From positions 672,001 through 736,000 of the forward strand of contig CAXXHB010000002.1 of the NCBI GenBank assembly GCA_963664815.2: a stretch of DNA of 64,000 bases, in the 5' to 3' direction. Below are positions 42,483 through 52,029 of this stretch, one piece after another (within the stretch, counting starts at the first letter, position 1; each line of letters starts with the position of its first letter). The notes beneath the pieces were generated by a model. That model was given only the letters and a program-made list of their open reading frames with translations, did no database searches and was not told where the DNA came from. This DNA comes from Spirochaetota bacterium. Its GTDB lineage: Bacteria; Spirochaetota; UBA4802; UBA5550. The position numbers and the translations under genes are program-made.

Positions 42483-43522
42483 TACTATTTTTTATTAAAA
42501 GGAGTATTCAATTTAGTATTCCAGCTTTGATATTTATCTTCTCTTTTGCCGGGTGTAATGATAATATTTCTGTAATCAGCAGACCACTGCTTGGGACAAT
42601 TGTGACTATAACAATTGCAGATGATGCCGGAGATATTGCCGGAGATTTTGAAGCTGCTTTTAGTGAAATTGAAAGAGTACAGAAGAGTTTCAATACCTAT
42701 GATCCGGAATCTGAAATTTCAATTATAAATAAGACAGCGCCAGATCGGCCATGCAAAGTCAGTGATGTTTTATTTTCACTTATAAGTGATTCACTTAAAG
42801 TTTCTAAAGTTACAAATGGAGCATTTGATATAACATTTGCTTCAATCGGAAAGTTATGGGATTTTTCCAGTCATTCCAGGGAAGATTTTATGCCTCCTGA
42901 AGATAAAACAATAAAAGGTCTGCTTCCCTTCATTTCATATAAAAATGTTATTCTGGACAGTAATGCCAGGACAGTACGGTTTCTGAAGAAAGGTACAAGA
43001 ATAGGGCTTGGCGGAATAGCAAAGGGTTATGCAACCGGCAGGGCAATCTCTGCACTGAAGGGCAGACATGTAAAAGGTGCCATTGTCGCCTGTGCCGGAG
43101 ATATACAGGTTCTCGGGAATAATAATGGCAAACAATGGAAACTCGGAATAAAAGATCCAAGAGGGGATTCTGTTCTTGGAACCGTTGATATGAATGACGG
43201 TGAATCAGTAGCAACTAGTGGTGATTATGAGCGTTTCAGGATAGTAAATGGGAAAAGATATCATCATATTATTGATCCAGCTAAAGGCTTTCCTGCAGAT
43301 TCAGGACTGATTTCAGTTACAGTTTTCTGCAGCGACCCGGAGATGGCAGATGCTTACGGATGCGGTTTTTTTGTTTCAGGACTTGATAAATCCAGAAAGA
43401 TACTGGAATCTATGAAAGATATTTCGGCTGTGTTTGTGACGTCAGATATGAAAATATATGTTTCAATGAATTTCAAAGATAGAATTACTTTCCGAGATGG
43501 TCTGAGAATAGTTTATTTTTAA
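42479..43522 (+). CDS. apbE: FAD:protein FMN transferase (lipoprotein)
   Basis: Lipobox FAGC; GAFDIT, LGGIAKGYA, ATSGDYER and RYHHIIDP. ATGA overlap with mgtE. Confidence 0.96.
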   Translation: MILFFIKRSIQFSIPALIFIFSFAGCNDNISVISRPLLGTIVTITIADDAGDIAGDFEAAFSEIERVQKSFNTYDPESEISIINKTAPDRPCKVSDVLFSLISDSLKVSKVTNGAFDITFASIGKLWDFSSHSREDFMPPEDKTIKGLLPFISYKNVILDSNARTVRFLKKGTRIGLGGIAKGYATGRAISALKGRHVKGAIVACAGDIQVLGNNNGKQWKLGIKDPRGDSVLGTVDMNDGESVATSGDYERFRIVNGKRYHHIIDPAKGFPADSGLISVTVFCSDPEMADAYGCGFFVSGLDKSRKILESMKDISAVFVTSDMKIYVSMNFKDRITFRDGLRIVYF

Positions 43523-43720
43523 ATGACAGGCATTCTGTCTCAAAGCATAATTTTCATGCGAGTCTAAAACAGATTCCTTCCTGATTTTTTATATTGTTTT
43601 TTTATTCAAACGCAGATAAATTAAAAGAAACATTCTCTTTTGTGAGAAAACATAATAAAATATTCATTGTTGACAAAAAAAACATATATGAATTTTTTTG
43701 TAAGACGATTATAATCAGGG

Positions 43721-44164
43721 GTGATGTATATGCACGATAATATAAATTTACAGGATGAAATACAGGAAGGTTTTATCATGAACCTTGACGGTGATCTTGC
43801 TAAGGTACGTGTTGCTCCCAATGCTGATTGTGATAATTGCGGGGCATGTAATATAGTTCATATGGAGATACTCGCATATAATCCGATAGCGGCAAAACCA
43901 GGTCAGAAGGTGAAATTTACAATGATACAGGATAATATGCTTAAAATATCTTTTATGCTTTTTCTTCTTCCGCTTATTGCGGTATTGTCAGGTATATATG
44001 CCGGGTCGCTTGTAGTATCATATTCCGGCTATAATGGAATGTCTCCCATGGTTGCCGGGGCGCTTTTGTTCCTTTCTGTGGCTATTTTTTTCATATACTC
44101 ATATGATAAAAAATATAAATTAAACAAACAGAATTTTCCTCAAGTAATAGAAGTTATTAAGTAA
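43721..44164 (+). CDS. rseC: RseC/MucC-family membrane protein
   Basis: CDNCGAC motif, AKPGQKV and two C-terminal TM helices; directly upstream of rnfC. Confidence 0.85.
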   Translation: MMYMHDNINLQDEIQEGFIMNLDGDLAKVRVAPNADCDNCGACNIVHMEILAYNPIAAKPGQKVKFTMIQDNMLKISFMLFLLPLIAVLSGIYAGSLVVSYSGYNGMSPMVAGALLFLSVAIFFIYSYDKKYKLNKQNFPQVIEVIK

Positions 44165-44175
44165 ATGAGGTATCT

Positions 44176-45510
44176 ATGCTTAAAAGAATAAAAGGCGGAG
44201 TTCATCCGCACGACGAGAAGAAAAGTACAGAGGACAGGAAGATAGAAAGTCTTCCTGTTCCTAAAAAACTTTTTGTCCCTGTTAGCCAGCATATAGGTCA
44301 GCCCTCGGTTCCGGTTGTTAAGGTCGGGGATGAAGTAAAAAAAGGGCAGCTTATAGCTGAATCTGCTGACGGAAGGGGTACCCCGGTACACAGCCCTACA
44401 TCAGGAAAGGTTTCCGAGCTTGCAAATTATCCTCACCCCATCTACGGTAAATCTCTCTGTATTGTAATTGAGTCTGATGGGCTGGATCAGTGGCAGGATG
44501 GACTTCTGACAGAGAGAAACTGGGAGTCAATATCAGTAGCTGAAATGATCGATATAATTTTCAAAAACGGTATAGTAGGTATGGGGGGAGCGGCATTTCC
44601 AACGCATATAAAGCTTTCACCCCCAAAGGACAAAGTAATCGATACTTTAATTGTAAACGGAGCGGAGTGTGAGCCATACCTTACTTCCGACTACAGGACA
44701 ATGATGGAGTACCCTGATGATGTTATAAAGGGAACTCTCATTGTAATGAAGATTATGGGTATAGAGAAGTGTTACCTCGGGATAGAAAACAACAAACCTA
44801 AAGCTATAGCACTAATGAAAGAGAAATGCAAAAGTACGAAGATTGAAGTTGTTGAACTTGCTACAAGGTATCCTCAGGGTGCAGAAAAGATGATGATAAA
44901 GGCCATAACAGGGAAAGAGGTTCCATCCGGAAAGCTTCCAATGGACGTGGGATGTGCTGTTCAGAACGTAGGTTCACTCAAGGCAGTTGCTGACGCTGTG
45001 GAAAAGAATATTCCTCTTATTGAGAGGATTGTAACTGTCGCAGGGAGCACTGTGAAAAATCCAATGAATGTTATGGCTAAGATGGGTACGCCATTCAGTG
45101 AACTATTCAACCATTGCGGCGGATTCACCGGCAGAAACGGTAAACTCATTATGGGCGGTCCTATGATGGGACTTGCACAGGTCAATATAGAGACAGTCGT
45201 TGTGAAGGCAACTTCAGGTATTGTGGTCATTGCTGAGAATGATCTGGATTTTAAAGAGGAGAAGGCATGTATTAGATGCGGACGCTGCCTTGAGGCATGT
45301 ACTATGCATCTTATGCCGAATGTACTGAGCATTTTAAGTGAAAAGGGACAACACCAGACAGCGCAGACAGATTATAATCTTATGGATTGTGTTGAATGCG
45401 GGTGCTGTTACTATGTATGTCCTTCAAGAAGGAATATAGTTCATTATATCAGGCAATCAAAGGCAAAAAATGCCATGTTCAGGAACACTACAAAAACAGG
45501 GAGTAAATGA
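44176..45510 (+). CDS. rnfC: Rnf complex subunit C
   Basis: QHIG, VHSPTSG, GMGGAAFPT, NGAECEPY, YPQGAEK, CIRCGRC and CVECGCC. Confidence 0.98.
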   Translation: MLKRIKGGVHPHDEKKSTEDRKIESLPVPKKLFVPVSQHIGQPSVPVVKVGDEVKKGQLIAESADGRGTPVHSPTSGKVSELANYPHPIYGKSLCIVIESDGLDQWQDGLLTERNWESISVAEMIDIIFKNGIVGMGGAAFPTHIKLSPPKDKVIDTLIVNGAECEPYLTSDYRTMMEYPDDVIKGTLIVMKIMGIEKCYLGIENNKPKAIALMKEKCKSTKIEVVELATRYPQGAEKMMIKAITGKEVPSGKLPMDVGCAVQNVGSLKAVADAVEKNIPLIERIVTVAGSTVKNPMNVMAKMGTPFSELFNHCGGFTGRNGKLIMGGPMMGLAQVNIETVVVKATSGIVVIAENDLDFKEEKACIRCGRCLEACTMHLMPNVLSILSEKGQHQTAQTDYNLMDCVECGCCYYVCPSRRNIVHYIRQSKAKNAMFRNTTKTGSK

Positions 45511-46577
45511 TGGAGACTAAAGAAACTACAGCCAACATCGAGAAACCGGAAAGACTGGTAATTACCTCTTCTCCACATGTTCATGATACTGAAAGCGTTT
45601 CGAAGATCATGTGGATAGTAAACCTTACCCTGCTTCCGGCTGCGATATTTTCAGTTATAAATTTTGGACTTCCGGCGCTCTTCACAATGCTGATATGTAT
45701 CACAGGGAGTGTGGCTTGTGAAGCTGCCATACAGTACTGGAGAAAAAAAGAGATTACAATATATGACGGAAGCGCTGTACTTACAGGGCTTCTTCTTGCG
45801 ATGTGCCTTCCGGCAAAGATTCCCTGGTATATTCCACTTATAGGTTCAGTTGCAGCGATAGGTATTGCAAAACATACGATGGGTGGATTGGGGCACAATG
45901 TTTTTAATCCGGCTCATATAGGGAGGGCCTTTATCATGGCCAGTTATCCTGTTGCAATGACAACATGGGCTGTTTCACGCATAGGCATTAAAGGTGATTT
46001 TCCGGGCGCAGTAAGTAAAATCGGGAATCTGGACGTTGTAACAACGGCAACACCTCTTGGAATACTGAAACAACAGGGTTATCAGGCGCTTGTTGATTCA
46101 TTCGGAGGCCAGGCGGTGATGTATAAAACCCTTCTTATCGGCAACAGAGCGGGAAGCCTTGGAGAAACATCGGCAATACTTCTTATACTTGGCGGACTTA
46201 TACTTATAATAAAGAAATATATAAAGTGGCAGGTTCCGGTTGTAATGATAGGAACAGTGGGTCTTCTTACATGGGCTTTCGGTGGTAAGGCAGGCCTGTT
46301 TACAGGAGATCCCATATTACATATGTTGTCGGGAGGACTTATTATAGGTGCTTTTTTCATGGCTACAGATATGGTTACAACACCTATAACAACAAAGGGA
46401 CAGGTTCTCTTTGCGGCAGGATGCGGGATAATTGTTGTACTGATAAGGCTTTATGGCGGTTACCCTGAGGGGGTCTGTTATTCAATATTGCTGATGAATG
46501 CAGTTACACCTCTAATTGACAGGTATATATTCCCGGTTAAATTCGGTTCTCTTTCTGAACCTGCGAAAAGGAGTTAG
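45507..46577 (+). CDS. rnfD: Rnf complex subunit D
   Basis: SSPH, GGLGHNVFNPA, TTATPL (FMN site), GSLGETS, FFMATD and YPEGV. Confidence 0.98.
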   Translation: MMETKETTANIEKPERLVITSSPHVHDTESVSKIMWIVNLTLLPAAIFSVINFGLPALFTMLICITGSVACEAAIQYWRKKEITIYDGSAVLTGLLLAMCLPAKIPWYIPLIGSVAAIGIAKHTMGGLGHNVFNPAHIGRAFIMASYPVAMTTWAVSRIGIKGDFPGAVSKIGNLDVVTTATPLGILKQQGYQALVDSFGGQAVMYKTLLIGNRAGSLGETSAILLILGGLILIIKKYIKWQVPVVMIGTVGLLTWAFGGKAGLFTGDPILHMLSGGLIIGAFFMATDMVTTPITTKGQVLFAAGCGIIVVLIRLYGGYPEGVCYSILLMNAVTPLIDRYIFPVKFGSLSEPAKRS

Positions 46578-46579
46578 AA

Positions 46580-47176
46580 ATGGCACATACAGATCACAAT
46601 AATAACAGTATGTTTAAAATAACTCTGAATCTGACAATGGCAACGCTATTTGCAGGGATAATCATTGGAACTGTATTCTACTTTACTGCACCAATCGCGG
46701 AGATTCAGAGGATAAAGCAAAAAGAACAATCCATGAAGGAACTTGTACCGGATGCAACCAGGTTTATCGAAATTGAAGGAAAGCAGGAATGGTTCAAAGC
46801 AGAAAAAGATGGGAAGGCAGTGGCGTACCTTGTTCTTACTCACCAGAAGGGTTTTGATGGTCATATAAAGATGTTTGTGGCGGTAACTCCTGATAAAAAG
46901 GTTATAGGTTACAAGGTTCTTTCACACAAGGAAACACCGGGACTTGGAGATCAGGCTTTCAAACCGAAATTTGCAGGCCAGTTCACGGGCAAGGGTATTG
47001 AAAATATGGAGCTTGTGAAAATTCAGGAGGATGGTAAGATCCTTGCAATTACAGGCGCCACGATAACTTCGCGGGCTGTTACTACAGCAGTTAAGAATGT
47101 CCTCACTGAGCTTGATGCATATCTTAAAGAAAGTAATGCTGAAAGTAAAACTGAAAGTAAAAAAGAAAGCAAATAA
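46580..47176 (+). CDS. rnfG: Rnf complex subunit G
   Basis: HKETPGLG and ITGATITS (FMN attachment site). Confidence 0.97.
   Translation: MAHTDHNNNSMFKITLNLTMATLFAGIIIGTVFYFTAPIAEIQRIKQKEQSMKELVPDATRFIEIEGKQEWFKAEKDGKAVAYLVLTHQKGFDGHIKMFVAVTPDKKVIGYKVLSHKETPGLGDQAFKPKFAGQFTGKGIENMELVKIQEDGKILAITGATITSRAVTTAVKNVLTELDAYLKESNAESKTESKKESK
47129..47176 (+). repeat. 12-bp degenerate tandem repeat x4 in the rnfG tail
   Basis: GAAAGTAATGCT GAAAGTAAAACT GAAAGTAAAAAA GAAAGCAAATAA, encoding ESNA ESKT ESKK ESK*. Confidence 0.7.
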
Positions 47177-47185
47177 GAGGTCGGC

Positions 47186-47821
47186 ATGAATCTGTGGAAA
47201 GAATTTACCAAAGGTCTGGTTGCGGAGAATCCTATTTTCCGCCTTGCACTGAGTCTCTGTCCCGCGCTTGCAGTTACCTCGAATGTATATAATGCGCTGG
47301 GTATGGGTCTCACCGTTATGTTTGTTATTACATGCAACAACATGGTTGTTTCAGCATTCAGAAATGTTATTCACCCCAAGGTAAGGGTTCCTGTGTACAT
47401 CATTTCAATCGCCACAATTGTTACTGTGGCAATGCTGGTGCTTGAAGCGTTTCTTCCGGTGTTGTTCAAGGAACTGGGGATATATCTTTCTCTGGTTGTT
47501 GTATTTGCAATTATTCTTGCAAGGGCCGAGGTCTTTGCAGCGAAAAATAAAGTAATACCATCGATGATTGATGGTCTGGGTATGGGTGCAGGTTTTACCC
47601 TTGGAATGGTAACTATTGGTGCAGTCAGGGAGATGATAGGAAACGGCTCGTTTCTCGGCTACCAGGTTTTTGGAAGCTGGTATCATCCTCCACTTATTAT
47701 AATTCTTGCTCCCGGAGGTTTCATTGTTATAGGGTTTATCATAGGCTTAATGAATCTAAATGAAAAGCGCAAGAAAGAAAAAAGTGAAAAAGCTGAAATT
47801 ACTGCCGGAGGTACAATATGA
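47186..47821 (+). CDS. rnfE: Rnf complex subunit E
   Basis: ENP...LCPALAV, VRVP, ARAE and APGGF. Confidence 0.97.
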   Translation: MNLWKEFTKGLVAENPIFRLALSLCPALAVTSNVYNALGMGLTVMFVITCNNMVVSAFRNVIHPKVRVPVYIISIATIVTVAMLVLEAFLPVLFKELGIYLSLVVVFAIILARAEVFAAKNKVIPSMIDGLGMGAGFTLGMVTIGAVREMIGNGSFLGYQVFGSWYHPPLIIILAPGGFIVIGFIIGLMNLNEKRKKEKSEKAEITAGGTI

Positions 47822-48399
47822 GTGAATATTTTCTGCTCTTCATGGGTGCGGCCATAGTAAATAACTTCGTACTGACACGTTATCTGGGGTTATGTATATT
47901 TTTCGGTGTGTCGAAGAATTACCATGCATCCACGAGCATGGGACTGGCTATTATCTCCATTATGACAATGAGTTCAATGCTTACATGGGTAATTGAGCAT
48001 TTTATTTTAGTTCCGCTTGGTCTCCCTTTTCTGAAAACAATTGTTTTTGTTGTTGTAATTGCTGTGTTTGTTCAGCTCCTTGAGATGGTGATAAAAAAGT
48101 TTATGCCTACGCTTTATAATGTGTGGGGCATATATCTTCTCCTTGTTGCAACAAACTGTGTAATTCTCGGTGTACCGCTGATCAACTCTGAAGCAAATTT
48201 TACTTTTGTGAAAAGTGTCGTAAATGCTCTCGGTTCAGGTACCGGTTTTGCAATTGCCCTTATCCTTTTTGCAAGCTTACGTGAAAAACTTCAGTTTTCA
48301 GATGTGCCGAAATCACTTGAAGGTCTTGGTATAGCGTTTATACTGGCAGGTATGCTTGCCCTTGCGTTCCAGGGTTTCAGCGGCATGATACCGTTATAA
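47818..48399 (+). CDS. rnfA: Rnf complex subunit A
   Basis: NNFVLTRYLGLC, TNCVILG and ALAFQGF. Confidence 0.97.
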   Translation: MSEYFLLFMGAAIVNNFVLTRYLGLCIFFGVSKNYHASTSMGLAIISIMTMSSMLTWVIEHFILVPLGLPFLKTIVFVVVIAVFVQLLEMVIKKFMPTLYNVWGIYLLLVATNCVILGVPLINSEANFTFVKSVVNALGSGTGFAIALILFASLREKLQFSDVPKSLEGLGIAFILAGMLALAFQGFSGMIPL

Positions 48400-48417
48400 T
48401 GAGAAAAAGGAGCAATT

Positions 48418-49269
48418 ATGTTAACAGCAATATATGCAATATTAGTTATGGTTGGCCTTGGCCTGTTTTTCGGGGTTTTCATTTCGTTCGCAAATAAAAA
48501 ATGGGCTGTTGAGGTCGATCCGAGAATACATGAAGTTGATGAGATTCTGCCAAAGGGACAATGCGGTTCGTGCGGTTATCCCGGGTGTATGGCTTATGCC
48601 GAAGCGGTTGTAATGAACCCGGATGTACCCGCAAATCTCTGTGCACCGGGTAAGGATGCAGTTGCGAAGAAGGTAGCCGAAATAACAGGTAAAAAGGCGG
48701 AGGCTCTTGAACAGAAGATTGCCTTTGTCAGATGTGCAGGTACTTATGAAAAAGCAACAAGAACGGGAGAATACAGGGGTGTTAAGGATTGCGTTTCAGC
48801 GAATATACTTGTCGGCGGAGATAAAGGATGTACTTTTGGATGTCTTGGCTACGGTACATGCGTTAAAGTCTGCATGTTTGATGCGTTACACATGAGCCCG
48901 GAGGGTATTCCGATAGTTAATCCCGATAAATGTACAGGGTGTGGAAAATGCGCAACTGTCTGTCCGAGAACCGTTATAGCACTTGTTAAACCGAATATTA
49001 TGGTTAAGGTAAACTGTAATTCTCATGACAAGGGCCCTGTGGTGAGAAAACATTGCAAGGCCGGATGTATAGGATGCGGAATGTGTGCGAAAGAGTGCCC
49101 ATTCGGTGCGATTAAAATTGATAATTTCCTTGCAATAGTGGACAGTACAGTCTGTCTTGAAAAGTGCTCAGACCCTGTGTGTATGGTGAAGTGCCCAACA
49201 AAGGTATTAAAACCGGCAATATGGGGTACAGTTCCCGGTTTCGAGGTGAAAGAGGAACAGAAAGCCTGA
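48418..49269 (+). CDS. rnfB: Rnf complex subunit B
   Basis: LPKGQCGSCGYPGC, CAPG, GCLGYGTC, CTGCGKC and CIGCGMC. Confidence 0.97.
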   Translation: MLTAIYAILVMVGLGLFFGVFISFANKKWAVEVDPRIHEVDEILPKGQCGSCGYPGCMAYAEAVVMNPDVPANLCAPGKDAVAKKVAEITGKKAEALEQKIAFVRCAGTYEKATRTGEYRGVKDCVSANILVGGDKGCTFGCLGYGTCVKVCMFDALHMSPEGIPIVNPDKCTGCGKCATVCPRTVIALVKPNIMVKVNCNSHDKGPVVRKHCKAGCIGCGMCAKECPFGAIKIDNFLAIVDSTVCLEKCSDPVCMVKCPTKVLKPAIWGTVPGFEVKEEQKA

Positions 49270-49305
49270 TAGAAAATATTTTAATCTTTAATCAGTTATA
49301 GTGGG

Positions 49306-49338
49306 AAGGACGTCCGGCAAAGGACGTCCTTTTATTTT
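49306..49338 (+). terminator. Intrinsic terminator of the rnf operon
   Basis: AAGGACGTCC-GGCAAA-GGACGTCCTT followed by TTATTTT. Confidence 0.9.
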
Positions 49339-49373
49339 ATAAATAGCATTGAACACAATAAACTGAAGTTTGT

Positions 49374-49413
49374 GAATTATTTCAGTGAATATATTTATTC
49401 ACTGAAATAATTC
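49374..49413. repeat. Perfect 18-bp inverted repeat overlapping the glyQS 3' end
   Basis: GAATTATTTCAGTGAATA-TATT-TATTCACTGAAATAATTC. Confidence 0.9.
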
Positions 49414-50777
49414 TTTATGTATTCACTTAGCGTTGCAATGGCAATACGTTCCTGTTTCATGGTATCGCGGTCACGAATTGTTACCGTATCTGATAGACTG
49501 GTATTATCACCTTTTCCGATAGTATCAAAATCTATAGTGACACATAATGGTGTACCAACTTCATCATTTTTACGATATGCCTTCCCTATATTGCCGCTGT
49601 CTTCAAAATAGATTCTGCCAACGCCCAGTTTCATTAATAGAGATTTTACCTGCCGGGCTTTTTCAACAATTTCGTGATTATTACGCGCAAGGGGCATAAC
49701 AGCTACTTTAATAGGAGATAAATGCGGTTTGAGTTTAAGAACAATTCTTTGTGTGCCGTTTTCAAGAGTTTCTTCAGTATAGGCCTCAGTTAAAACAGCA
49801 AGTACACCGCGATCGACTCCGGCAGATGGTTCAATAACGAATGGAACAATCTGCTTCTGAGTTTCAAAATCCATAATAGTGAGTTTTACTATGGAATCAT
49901 CATTAGGTTCAACATGGGCAGTCAGGCCAAGATCGTCGGATTTTTTTGAATGAGAACCAAGGTCATAATCAGTCCGGTTAGCAATACCTTCAAGCTCTTC
50001 GACTCCATGTGGAAAACGATAGAGGATATCAACGGTCGCTTTAGCATAATGAGCAAGCTCTTCTTTTGTTTGATGGTATTGCTGGAGGTTGTCACTGGTA
50101 AGACCCTGCTCTTTCCACCAGTTAATACGTTGTTCAACCCATCTTGCATGCCATTCATCATCAGTGCCCGGTTTTACGAAATATTCAAGCTCCATCTGCT
50201 CGAATTCGCGAACCCGGAAAATGAAATTTCGGGGTGTAATTTCATTTCGAAACGCTTTTCCTATCTGTGCAATACCAAAAGGGAGCTTTCGCGATGTTGA
50301 ATCAATAACATTTTTAAAGTTGCTGAATATTCCCTGTGCAGTTTCAGGACGCAGATATGCAAAGTTGTCATCATCAGCGACGGGCCCAACTGTTGTTTTG
50401 AACATCAAATTAAATGGACGCGGTTCAGTGAGGTTGTTTCCTCCGCATTTTTCACAACGTCCCTTTTTAAGCTGGTCCGCGCGCCAGCGGCTTTTGCAGT
50501 CTTTGCAGTCCACCATCGGATCGGTGAAAGTTGCTTCATGTCCCGAATGTCGAAGTACATAACGGTGAGTTAATATTGCAGCATCGAGTCCTTCGATATC
50601 ATCACGTTCGTATACCATAGAACGCCACCAGGAGGATTTGAGGTTGTTTTTTAGTTCAACACCAAGAGGACCATAATCGTATAAACCTTGAAGACCGCCG
50701 TAAATATCAGAACTTTGAAAAATGAAACCGCGTCGTTTACACAGCGATACAAGTGAATCCATGGTTTTTGCAGGCAT
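49395..50777 (-). CDS. glyQS: Glycine--tRNA ligase (alpha2 type)
   Basis: [42 protein letters not shown] and IEPSAGVDR. Start at MPAK after a GGAG RBS. Confidence 0.98.
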   Translation of the reverse strand: MPAKTMDSLVSLCKRRGFIFQSSDIYGGLQGLYDYGPLGVELKNNLKSSWWRSMVYERDDIEGLDAAILTHRYVLRHSGHEATFTDPMVDCKDCKSRWRADQLKKGRCEKCGGNNLTEPRPFNLMFKTTVGPVADDDNFAYLRPETAQGIFSNFKNVIDSTSRKLPFGIAQIGKAFRNEITPRNFIFRVREFEQMELEYFVKPGTDDEWHARWVEQRINWWKEQGLTSDNLQQYHQTKEELAHYAKATVDILYRFPHGVEELEGIANRTDYDLGSHSKKSDDLGLTAHVEPNDDSIVKLTIMDFETQKQIVPFVIEPSAGVDRGVLAVLTEAYTEETLENGTQRIVLKLKPHLSPIKVAVMPLARNNHEIVEKARQVKSLLMKLGVGRIYFEDSGNIGKAYRKNDEVGTPLCVTIDFDTIGKGDNTSLSDTVTIRDRDTMKQERIAIATLSEYIKNYFSE

Positions 50778-50943
50778 GTTTAATCTCCAAAAGGATATAA
50801 AAAGATAAGTACTTGTTTGTATAAAAGGCATTGTCTGTCAACAGAGAAAAAATTTAATATAAATAAGATTTCTTGAAGCTGAGAGATCAGCTATTTTGTT
50901 GACAAAAAAGTAATAATATTTTTTATGAATCATATTCTGTTAC

Positions 50944-51000
50944 GGGAAGATCAGGTATTAACCGGGCCCACAGGCAGTGACATTTGTCACGGGACTTCCT
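50944..51000 (+). ncRNA. Putative NiCo (czcD) metal-sensing riboswitch, minimal form
   Basis: GGAAG...CTTCC closing stem; junction motifs GATCAGG, CCGGG, CAG and CGGGAC in the canonical order; GTGAC-ATTT-GTCAC stem; upstream of a CDF gene. Confidence 0.75.
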
Positions 51001-51114
51001 TCAATTGCTTAAGCCTGGCTGAAAACAGCCATACATAAAAATTGGAGAAAGCGGCCGGTTTTATTTTTACTATTTAAATCCCCGCCCCTTACTCCTCAGA
51101 AGTTTGAGGATACC

Positions 51115-51975
51115 ATGAATAGAAAACAAAAAACTGCCAGACTGTCGATTTTATCAAATTCATTATTAATTATAATTAAGCTTGTGGTTGGAATTATTAC
51201 CGGATCTGTGAGTATTATTTCAGAAGCAATACATTCAACCATGGATCTGCTGGCAGCGATTATTGCCTTTTTTTCCATAAAGATTTCGTCCATGCCTGCT
51301 GATGCCGAACATAATTATGGTCATGAAAAACTTGAAAATATTTCTGGAGTTATTGAAGCATTACTTATTTTTCTTGCTTCCGGTTTTATAATTCATGAAG
51401 CAGTTAAAAAAATGATCAGCAATGAGCCGATTGCTTCTATCGGCATGGGTTTTATTGTTATGTTTATCTCTGCCCTGATCAACTATTTTGTTTCCAGAAA
51501 GCTTTATAAGGTTGCCAGAGAGGAAGAATCCGTGGCTCTTGAAGCCGATGCTCTTCATCTCAAGGTTGATGTTTATACATCAATAGGTGTCGGTTCCGGA
51601 CTTTTACTGATACATATAACAAAAATTAATATTCTTGATCCGATAGTAGCAATTCTTATTGCACTTTTCATCCTGGTAGAAGCGTACGATATGCTTAAGA
51701 GGGCCTTTTTCCCTCTTGTTGATGAAAAAATTTCTGATGATGATATTAAAATTATTAAGTCTTCAATAGAACAGTTTCATGAGAGTAAGGTTGACTTTCA
51801 TGACTTGCGTACACGCAGAAGCGGACATATCAAACATATCGATTTTCATCTTGATATTCCTGAAAACATGACTGTTGCGCAGGCACATGAGATTTGTGAC
51901 CGGATTGAAATTGAAATTGAAAATAAACTTCGTAATACAAAAATACTTATTCATGTAGAGCCGCGTAAAACCTGA
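51115..51975 (+). CDS. Cation diffusion facilitator family transporter
   Basis: SEAIHSTMD, HNYGHEKLE, ADALHLKVD, DLRTRRSG and ILIHVEP. Confidence 0.96.
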   Translation: MNRKQKTARLSILSNSLLIIIKLVVGIITGSVSIISEAIHSTMDLLAAIIAFFSIKISSMPADAEHNYGHEKLENISGVIEALLIFLASGFIIHEAVKKMISNEPIASIGMGFIVMFISALINYFVSRKLYKVAREEESVALEADALHLKVDVYTSIGVGSGLLLIHITKINILDPIVAILIALFILVEAYDMLKRAFFPLVDEKISDDDIKIIKSSIEQFHESKVDFHDLRTRRSGHIKHIDFHLDIPENMTVAQAHEICDRIEIEIENKLRNTKILIHVEPRKT

Positions 51976-52029
51976 AATACTTTTTTCCGGAAAATATTTC
52001 AGGTTTATAAAAACTGATTAGCAAGGGGA

